From: Clostridia bacterium
Lineage (GTDB): Bacteria; Bacillota; Clostridia; Oscillospirales; CAG-272
Length of the DNA stretch: 64,000 nt
Direction of reading: 5' to 3'
Assembly: GCA_017454675.1 (NCBI GenBank)
Contig: JAFTCN010000058.1
Location: 3,185 to 67,184, forward strand
Below, piece after piece: positions 45,025-51,757 of this stretch. The stretch's first letter is position 1. Each line of letters opens with the position of its first letter. The position numbers and the translations under genes were made by a program. The notes under the pieces were generated by a model that made no database searches, was not told the origin of the DNA, and saw only the letters and a list, made by a program, of their open reading frames with translations.

Positions 45025-47376
45025 ATGCGGCGGGCGATCATGCACAGCCGCGGGGCAGGAGTCAGGCGCCACGCGCCGGAAAGAGAAGGGAAAGATCAAA
45101 TGAGCGGTTCCGGAAACTCAGTGTTCGACAAGTTCGCGCCGTTTATAAAAGAATACATATATTCTCACTCGTGGGATACGCTCCGTCCGGTCCAGGTCGC
45201 CGCGGCTGAGTCGATCTTCGGGAATGACAACAACCTGCTGCTGACCTCGGCGACGGCCAGCGGAAAGACCGAGGCGGCCTTTTTTCCGATCATCTCGATG
45301 ATGTACGAAGACCCGCCGCAGAGCGTGGCAGTGCTCTACATCGCTCCCCTGAAGAGCCTGATCAACGACCAGTTCGGCAGGCTCGACGAGCTGCTCGACA
45401 TGACCGGGATCCCAGTCACGCACTGGCACGGGGACGTCGCGGGCTCGCACAAGCAGAAACTGCTCTCCGATCCCCGCGGGATCCTCCAGATCACGCCGGA
45501 GTCGCTCGAGGCGATGCTCATTAACCGGCCGTCGGACATCCCGAGGATCTTCTCGGACCTGAGGTTCGTCGTGATCGACGAGATACACACTCTCACCGGC
45601 AGCGACAGGGGCAACCAGATCATCTGCCAGCTGTCGAGGCTCGGCCGCATCATAGGCCGTCATCCCCGCAGGATCGGGCTGTCTGCGACAGTCGGTTCGC
45701 CGGAGCTCGCCGCGGCGTGGCTGTCCGCGGGCAGCGGCAGGGATACCGATATCCCCGAGATTCCACCTGAGAAACTCAGGTGGCGGCTCGGAATGGAGCA
45801 TTTCTATATCCAGAACACCCGCTTCGACCAGTCGAAGGACCTCCCAGAGGAGCAGGAGAGCCGGCCCCGCGCCGAGCTCGACGCCGGATACGAGTTCATA
45901 TACGACTGCGCGAGGGGCAGAAAGTCGATAGTCTTCTCCAATTCAAGGGAGGAGACCGAGTACGTCACCGCGACGCTCCGCCAGATCGCTAAAAAGCGCG
46001 GGGACGACGACATCTTCCTCATCCACCACGGCAATCTGTCGGCGGCGATCCGCGAGGAGGCCGAGGCGAAGATGAAGGACGACGACACTGAGGCGGTCAC
46101 CTGCGCCACCGTGACGATGGAGCTCGGGATCGACATCGGCCGGCTCGAGCGGATCATACAGAACGGCTCGCCGACATCGGTGACGAGCTTCCTGCAGCGC
46201 CTCGGGCGCTCGGGCAGGAGGGGACAGCCTCCCGAGATGATGGAGGTCTTCAGGGAGGAGGATCCCCTTCCTAACACGCCTCTGCCGCAGCTTATCCCCT
46301 GGGAGCTCCTGCGCGGCATCGCGATCGCACAGCTGTACATCGAGGACAGGTATATCGAGCCCCCCCGCTTCAAAAAGCTGCCGTTCAGCCTCGCCTTCCA
46401 CCAGACGCTCAGCGTTTCGGCGTCGTGCGGGGAGCTCCGGCCGTCCGAGCTCGCCGGGCGAGTGCTGTCGATGCCTCCGCTGTCCGGTATTCCTAAAGAC
46501 GACTACCGCACTCTCATCGGGTCGATGCTGGAGAACGGTTTCCTCGAGATGACCGATGAAAAGGGGCTGATCGTCGGCCTGGCGGGAGAGCGGCTGCTGT
46601 CGAGCTTCCGCTTCTACGCCGTGTTCAAGGACACCGAGGACTTCACCGTGCGCTGCGATTCCGACGAGATCGGGACGATAAGTTCGCCCCCGCCGGTCGG
46701 TGACAGGTTCGCCCTCGCGGGAAGAGTGTGGGAGGTCGAGGAACTCGACATACAGCGCAGGCTCATTTACGTGAAACGGGTCGAAGGTAAGATGGAAATC
46801 TCGTGGCCGGGAGACTACGGCGAGATCGACACCCGGATACTCGAGCGCATGAGGCAGGTCCTGCGCGAGGACACCGTATACCCATACCTCAAGCCCAACG
46901 CCGCGAAGCGCCTCGAGGTCGCAAGGCATCTGGCGCGCAACACCGGTCTCACCGAGCGCTCGCTGCTTCCGCTCGGCGGATACACCTACTGCTTCTTCCC
47001 GTGGCTCGGAACGAGGTCGTTCCGCACCTTCAGGAGGTTTCTCGCTTCGAGAGCGGCAGACTACGGCGTCAGCGGGATCGAGTACGAGGGCTGCTGCTAC
47101 ATACTCTTCAAGCTCGAAGGCATGAGCGACTTCGGACTCGCCGCGAGGATGGCGTCCGATGTCGCGACGCACGGGATCGACTGCGAAGCCCTCGTCGGCA
47201 GGACGGAGGATCCGGTGTTCGAGAAATTCGACCGCTATCTGCCGCCGTCGCTGCTGCGAAAGGCCTACGCCGCAGACAAACTCAGGGCCGATGAGGCAGA
47301 ACGGCGCATAGGGGAGATCTACCGCGAATTCCTGGACGGAACGGGAGAGGGCGGAGCCGTAGAGAGGAAAACATGA
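45025..47376 (+). CDS. DEXH-box superfamily 2 helicase, Lhr/BrxHI-like (Shango SngC-like)
   Basis: Q-motif LRPVQ, motif I SATASGKT, Ia PLKSLINDQ, II VIDEIH, III LSAT and VI QRLGRSGRRG, plus a ~330 aa C-terminal domain. ATG 45025 follows AGGAG. ATG 45100 (MSGSGNS) is an alternative start. Confidence 0.85.
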   Translation: MRRAIMHSRGAGVRRHAPEREGKDQMSGSGNSVFDKFAPFIKEYIYSHSWDTLRPVQVAAAESIFGNDNNLLLTSATASGKTEAAFFPIISMMYEDPPQSVAVLYIAPLKSLINDQFGRLDELLDMTGIPVTHWHGDVAGSHKQKLLSDPRGILQITPESLEAMLINRPSDIPRIFSDLRFVVIDEIHTLTGSDRGNQIICQLSRLGRIIGRHPRRIGLSATVGSPELAAAWLSAGSGRDTDIPEIPPEKLRWRLGMEHFYIQNTRFDQSKDLPEEQESRPRAELDAGYEFIYDCARGRKSIVFSNSREETEYVTATLRQIAKKRGDDDIFLIHHGNLSAAIREEAEAKMKDDDTEAVTCATVTMELGIDIGRLERIIQNGSPTSVTSFLQRLGRSGRRGQPPEMMEVFREEDPLPNTPLPQLIPWELLRGIAIAQLYIEDRYIEPPRFKKLPFSLAFHQTLSVSASCGELRPSELAGRVLSMPPLSGIPKDDYRTLIGSMLENGFLEMTDEKGLIVGLAGERLLSSFRFYAVFKDTEDFTVRCDSDEIGTISSPPPVGDRFALAGRVWEVEELDIQRRLIYVKRVEGKMEISWPGDYGEIDTRILERMRQVLREDTVYPYLKPNAAKRLEVARHLARNTGLTERSLLPLGGYTYCFFPWLGTRSFRTFRRFLASRAADYGVSGIEYEGCCYILFKLEGMSDFGLAARMASDVATHGIDCEALVGRTEDPVFEKFDRYLPPSLLRKAYAADKLRADEAERRIGEIYREFLDGTGEGGAVERKT

Positions 47377-48371
47377 GATACATAACAGTAAACTGCGGAA
47401 GCACAAATCTCCGCCTGTCCCTTTATGACGGCGGTGCAAAGGTCGCGTCGGTAAAGAAGACGGCCGGCGGGAGAGACACCGCCCGGACGGGAGACAGCGG
47501 ATTTCTGCGCGCATCGTTCCGCGACGCCCTGGCCGAGATCGTTGCCGGAGCCGGTCTCCGCGAGAGCGACATCGATATCGTCCTCGTATCTGGGACCATC
47601 ACTTCGAGCGTCGGGATCTACCACGTCCATCACATTCCCGCGCCCGCCGGCATCGACGACACCGCGGCGCATTCCGAGCTCGTCACGCTTCCCGACGTCT
47701 CTTCGGTAAAGATGCTCTTCATCCCCGGGATAAAGACGCTCGCGCCGCCGTACGTAAAGCCGGGCACGCCCGAGTATATCGACGGCTTCGACTCGATGAG
47801 CGGCGAGGAGTGCGAGATCTACGGCTTCATGAAACTGCTGGGCCTTGGCGGTGAGTTCGTCATCGCGCTTCCCGGATCGTACAACAAGACGCTGCTCGTC
47901 GGTCCCGACGGGAGGATCTCGAAGATGCGCACCGGCATGTGCGGCGAGTTCATGACGTCGGTCGCCGAGAACACGCTGATAGGATACACGCTGCCGCATC
48001 CTGTCATCCGGAGGGTGATACCGGAGAAGCTCATCGAAGGCTTCGACTACGCAAGGAGCCGCGGGATATCACCGGCACTCTCCAAATCGCGTATGGTGGC
48101 CACGCTTTGCGGCTACAGTCCCGACGAGACCGGCTGCTTCTTCGCCGGTGCGGCGCTTGCCGACGACATAGCCGCCACCGAATCGCTCTGCGACGAAAGA
48201 CTGCCGCTCGTGATCGGCGGGGCGGCTCCGCTTCGCGAGGTGTTCGGGATACTGCTGCGGCACACCGGCGTCGCGACGGCAGGGATCGCCGAGGTCACCG
48301 ATGAAGAGAACGACGAAGCGTCGTCAGTCGGCGAATTCGAGGTCTGGAAGCGCTTCTCCGGGATGCTTTAA
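47373..48371 (+). CDS. 2-dehydro-3-deoxygalactonokinase (DgoK)-like ASKHA-fold kinase
   Basis: ITVNCGSTNLRLSLY (compare DgoK IDWGSTNLRAWLY), SGTITSSVG, FIPGI, MSGEECEIYG, LPGSYNK and MRTGMCGEF. Its ATG overlaps the helicase TGA (ATGA). Confidence 0.7.
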   Translation: MRYITVNCGSTNLRLSLYDGGAKVASVKKTAGGRDTARTGDSGFLRASFRDALAEIVAGAGLRESDIDIVLVSGTITSSVGIYHVHHIPAPAGIDDTAAHSELVTLPDVSSVKMLFIPGIKTLAPPYVKPGTPEYIDGFDSMSGEECEIYGFMKLLGLGGEFVIALPGSYNKTLLVGPDGRISKMRTGMCGEFMTSVAENTLIGYTLPHPVIRRVIPEKLIEGFDYARSRGISPALSKSRMVATLCGYSPDETGCFFAGAALADDIAATESLCDERLPLVIGGAAPLREVFGILLRHTGVATAGIAEVTDEENDEASSVGEFEVWKRFSGML

Positions 48372-48390
48372 ATCTATTTCGGCGGCATTG

Positions 48391-48419
48391 TTGACTTGAG
48401 GATCTTATTTGATTATAAT
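48391..48419 (+). promoter_or_regulatory. Consensus sigma-70-type promoter
   Basis: TTGACT, a 17 nt spacer, then TATAAT, upstream of the acyltransferase gene. Confidence 0.6.
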
Positions 48420-48510
48420 ATTGTGTGAAACCTGAATCTGCTACGGAAAAGAGGCGGTCACCCTGTTCAGAAAGAGAAATGTCAACAGAATAGTCAGAAG
48501 GGAATCCAGA

Positions 48511-49791
48511 GTGAGGGATACCGCCGGAGAAAGGTCAGCGGCAGGCACCCGGAGGAGCTCGGGAAAAAGCAAAAGGTGGACACACCCGCGGCACGTAATA
48601 GTCCGTAATCTGTTCTACCCGTTCTTCTGGCTCTACGCGAGGATCGTCTACGGTATGAGGGTGAGAAAGTTCAGGGAACCGGGTAAGCCGAAGCGCCAGT
48701 TTCTCATCCTCTTCAACCATCAGACGTCTTTCGACCAGTTCTTCGTCGGACTCGCCTTCAAGGGAGCGGTGTATTACGTCGCCTCCGAGGATATCTTCTC
48801 GAACGGCTTTCTGTCATCGCTGCTGCGCTACTACGTTGCGCCGATCCCGATCAACAAGACAGCCGCCGACATGCGCGCGATCATCAACTGCATGAAGGTC
48901 GCAAGAGAGGGAGGCACGATCGCGCTTGCGCCGGAGGGCAACCGCACCTACAGCGGGCGCACCTGCTACATCAAGCCCTCGGTGGTCTCGCTCGTGCGAA
49001 AGATAGGATTTCCCGTCGCGTTCTTCAGGATAGAGGGCGGATACGGCGTCCAGCCTCGCTGGAGCAACGTCAACCGCCGGGGCAGGATGACCGCGGGAGT
49101 CTCGAGGGTGCTCGAGCCTGAGGAGTACTCCGGCATGAGCGACGACGAACTGTACAGGCTCATCTGCAGCGAGCTCTACGTCGACGAGGCGAGAGCCGAC
49201 GGCCGGTTCGTGCACAAAAAGAGCGCCGAATACCTCGAGAGGGTCATATACGTCTGCCCCAACTGCGGGCTGTCCGATTTCGAGAGCAGGGGCGAGTACA
49301 TAGGCTGCCGCAAGTGCGGACTGACCGCGTTCTACTCCCCCACGAAAGAACTCGTCTGGCAGGACGGGAGCAACCGCTTCAGGTTCGTCGCCGACTGGTA
49401 CGACTGGCAGGAGCGGTATATTAATTCGCTCGACCCCGATTCGCTGGGGCCCGATCCGATCTTTAGCGACACCGCCGGATTCTACGGTATAGCGATAGCT
49501 AAATCCCGGAGACTGATCGACAGGAACGCGAAGCTCACGCTTTACGCCGACCGGATCGAGGTCGAAACGAAGGAGGAAAAGCTGACATTCAGCTTCTCCG
49601 ACATAGGTTCGATCGCCGCGCTCGGGCGGAACAAGATGAATATCCGCATGGGAGGAAAGGTATGGCAGGTCAAGGGAAACGTCAGATTCAATCCTCTGAG
49701 ATATATGAATTTCTGCTACAGATACAAGAACAAACACGAATCAACAGGGAAGGACAACAACGGAAATGGGAATAAATTTCTGGGACTCTGA
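48511..49791 (+). CDS. Lysophospholipid acyltransferase (PlsC-like) family protein with a C-terminal zinc-ribbon-containing domain
   Basis: HX4D motif FNHQTSFD and EGNRT. It also has CPNCG...CRKCG. GTG start per the track. Confidence 0.7.
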   Translation: MRDTAGERSAAGTRRSSGKSKRWTHPRHVIVRNLFYPFFWLYARIVYGMRVRKFREPGKPKRQFLILFNHQTSFDQFFVGLAFKGAVYYVASEDIFSNGFLSSLLRYYVAPIPINKTAADMRAIINCMKVAREGGTIALAPEGNRTYSGRTCYIKPSVVSLVRKIGFPVAFFRIEGGYGVQPRWSNVNRRGRMTAGVSRVLEPEEYSGMSDDELYRLICSELYVDEARADGRFVHKKSAEYLERVIYVCPNCGLSDFESRGEYIGCRKCGLTAFYSPTKELVWQDGSNRFRFVADWYDWQERYINSLDPDSLGPDPIFSDTAGFYGIAIAKSRRLIDRNAKLTLYADRIEVETKEEKLTFSFSDIGSIAALGRNKMNIRMGGKVWQVKGNVRFNPLRYMNFCYRYKNKHESTGKDNNGNGNKFLGL

Positions 49792-51208
49792 GGCGTGGTC
49801 GCTCATTAACCTGACCGCGGTGCTTCTAATCGGACTGCTCTTGGGCAACCTCCTGAAGAAATCGGTGGGCTTTCTCCGCAGGTCGCTGATCCCGACTTCG
49901 GTGCTGGGAGGCCTGATCCTGCTTGCCGTATCGGTCGTCTATGAGAATCTGAACGGCGGGGCGTCGATATTCGACACCCGGTTCTTCGGCGGCAACGGTT
50001 CGGCCGTGCTCGAGGTGCTGACATACCACGCCCTGGCACTCGGGTTCATCGCGATCACATTCAAGCCGTCGAAGAGAAAGATCACCGGAGCGCGGAGCGC
50101 AGAGGTGTTCAACACCGGCGTCACCACTGTTTCAGGCTACCTCATCCAGGGCATCCTGGGACTCGGGATCACGCTGATCGCGTCGCTCATCGTCAAGGAT
50201 TTCTTCGCCGCCTCCGGCATCCTGCTCCCGTTCGGATACGGCCAGGGCACCGGCCAGGCGCTCAACTGGGGCAACAAGTATGAAGTCGACAACGGATTCG
50301 TCGGAGGCAAGAGCTTCGGACTCACTGTCGCCGCGCTGGGCTTCCTGTCGGCCTCAGTGGGAGGGGTCATACACCTCAACATCCTCCGCCGGAAGAAGAA
50401 CATAAAGAGCCCCGACGGCGACGAGAACAGGGCACTGCTCGCCGAGGAGGTCCAGGCAGAGAACGAGATTCCGATGAACGGATCGATGGACAAGCTCACG
50501 GTGCAGGTCGCGCTGGTGCTCGGCGTGTATCTCGTGTGCGGCGTCGTGATGAAGCTGCTCGGCGGTCTGTCCGAAGGGCTGAGGTCCACGATATACGGCT
50601 TCAATTTCCTCTTCGGCGTGCTCCTCGCAACGCTCGTCAAGGCCGTACTCGGCTTCCTGATGAAAAAGAAAGTCGTAAAGAAGCAGTACATCAGCGGCTT
50701 CATGATGTCGAGGATCAGCGGCTTTTTCTTCGACCTTATGATAGTCGCGGGCATTGCGGCGATAAGGATCAACGTCCTGAAGAACTACTGGCCCGTGATC
50801 ATACTGCTCGGCATCGCCGGCGCGCTGTCGACCTATTTCTACGTCAGATTCGTCTGCCGCAGACTCTTTCCCGACTATACCGAGGAACAGTTTCTCGTCA
50901 TGTACGGCATGCTGACGGGCACGGCGTCGACTGGCATGATACTTCTGCGTGAGATCGATCCGGAATTCAGCACTCCGGCGGCCGAGAATCTCGTGTATCA
51001 GAACTTCCCGGCGATCGTCTTCGGATTTCCGATGATGCTACTCGCGGCATATGCTCCCGACCACGCGTTCAACACCTTCCTCATCCTCTGCGGATTCTTC
51101 ATCGTGATGAATGTGATCCTGTTTCGCAGGTCAATCTTCGTCAGGAAGAAGCCGGCCGGCGGGAAGGAAGAAAAAACACCCGCTGACGGAGACGGCGGGG
51201 AGGAATAG
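49766..51208 (+). CDS. gltS: Sodium/glutamate symporter (GltS/ESS family)-like permease
   Basis: About 12 transmembrane segments. The N-terminal LNLTAVLLIGLLLGNLLKK...LIPTSVLGGLILL is GltS-like. It ends in TAG, followed by a hairpin. Confidence 0.7.
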   Translation: MGINFWDSEAWSLINLTAVLLIGLLLGNLLKKSVGFLRRSLIPTSVLGGLILLAVSVVYENLNGGASIFDTRFFGGNGSAVLEVLTYHALALGFIAITFKPSKRKITGARSAEVFNTGVTTVSGYLIQGILGLGITLIASLIVKDFFAASGILLPFGYGQGTGQALNWGNKYEVDNGFVGGKSFGLTVAALGFLSASVGGVIHLNILRRKKNIKSPDGDENRALLAEEVQAENEIPMNGSMDKLTVQVALVLGVYLVCGVVMKLLGGLSEGLRSTIYGFNFLFGVLLATLVKAVLGFLMKKKVVKKQYISGFMMSRISGFFFDLMIVAGIAAIRINVLKNYWPVIILLGIAGALSTYFYVRFVCRRLFPDYTEEQFLVMYGMLTGTASTGMILLREIDPEFSTPAAENLVYQNFPAIVFGFPMMLLAAYAPDHAFNTFLILCGFFIVMNVILFRRSIFVRKKPAGGKEEKTPADGDGGEE

Positions 51209-51226
51209 ACGGGCCGGAAAAAAGAA

Positions 51227-51265
51227 ACACGGACGTGGCGCAGAAAGGTGCGCCCCGTCCGTGTT
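51227..51265. terminator. Long hairpin between convergent gltS and the tRNA(CAT) gene
   Basis: ACACGGACGtGGCGC-agaaaggt-GCGCCcCGTCCGTGT, with a weak T-tract. Confidence 0.5.
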
Positions 51266-51271
51266 CGGAGC

Positions 51272-51348
51272 TGGTGGGCCATCTAGGACTCGAACCTAGG
51301 ACCGACCGGTTATGAGCCGGTAGCTCTAACCAACTGAGCTAATGGCCC
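51272..51348 (-). tRNA. tRNA with CAT anticodon: elongator Met or, more likely, Ile2 (lysidine-modified)
   Basis: 77 nt cloverleaf GGGCCAT-TA-GCTC-AGTTGGTTA-GAGC-T-ACCGG-CTCATAA-CCGGT-CGGTC-CTAGG-TTCGAGT-CCTAG-ATGGCCC-A-CCA. It lacks initiator features. The C4:G69 and C5:G68 pairs resemble tRNA-Ile2. Confidence 0.9.
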
Positions 51349-51360
51349 GCAAGCCTGTAT

Positions 51361-51389
51361 ATTATACAACTGTTGAGCCCGGTTGTCAA
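51361..51389 (-). promoter_or_regulatory. Consensus promoter for tRNA(CAT)
   Basis: On the minus strand: TTGACA, a 17 nt spacer, then TATAAT, ending about 12 nt before the mature tRNA 5' end. Confidence 0.6.
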
Positions 51390-51438
51390 GTGAATTTTGA
51401 GGGCGGATAAAAAAATAGCTGTACGGACGAAAAAATGC

Positions 51439-51467
51439 TTGACAACGGCCGGCCAATCGTGTATAAT
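51439..51467 (+). promoter_or_regulatory. Consensus promoter for the tRNA-Leu pair
   Basis: TTGACA, a 17 nt spacer, then TATAAT, about 25 nt before tRNA-Leu(GAG). Confidence 0.65.
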
Positions 51468-51492
51468 ATTAGGCGCTGTGAAAAACAGCCAT

Positions 51493-51578
51493 GCGAGAGT
51501 GGCGGAACTGGCAGACGCGCACGTTTGAGGGGCGTGTGTCTTTACGACATACGGGTTCAAGTCCCGTTTCTCGCACCA
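51493..51578 (+). tRNA. tRNA-Leu (GAG)
   Basis: 86 nt class II tRNA with acceptor GCGAGAG/TTCTCGC, anticodon loop TTGAGGG and a long variable arm. It has T-loop GGGTTCAAGTCCC and an encoded CCA. Confidence 0.9.
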
Positions 51579-51613
51579 TTTCAGGCAAAGCGGCTTATCC
51601 GCTTTGCCTGAAA
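51579..51613 (+). terminator. Perfect 15 bp hairpin between the two tRNA-Leu genes (terminator or processing element)
   Basis: TTTCAGGCAAAGCGG-cttat-CCGCTTTGCCTGAAA followed by tttc. Confidence 0.5.
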
Positions 51614-51624
51614 TTTCAAAATAC

Positions 51625-51708
51625 GCGGGCATGGCGGAATTGGCAGACGCGCTAGATTCAGGTTCTAGTCGAAGCAATTCGGTGGAGGTTCAAGTCCTCT
51701 TGCCCGCA
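51625..51708 (+). tRNA. tRNA-Leu (CAG)
   Basis: Acceptor GCGGGCA/TGCCCGC, anticodon loop TTCAGGT, a long variable arm and T-loop GAGGTTCAAGTCCTC. The 3' CCA is not fully encoded (ACCG). Confidence 0.9.
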
Positions 51709-51757
51709 CCGAACGAAAGAGGGAACGGTATTGCCGTTCCCCTTTTTCGATTGCCTC

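Noticed and set aside
43612-47376. BREX (BrxD + BrxHI-like helicase) assignment
   Set aside because: BrxD-like ATPases and Lhr-like helicases do occur in BREX types 2 and 6. However, no PglX methyltransferase, PglZ phosphatase, BrxC/PglY or PglW is present anywhere in the window.
45943-47514. 523 aa minus-strand ORF inside the helicase gene
   Set aside because: It is antisense to a helicase with all SF2 motifs and has Arg/Pro/Glu/Leu-rich composition. It also crosses the helicase/kinase junction, which is implausible for a real gene.
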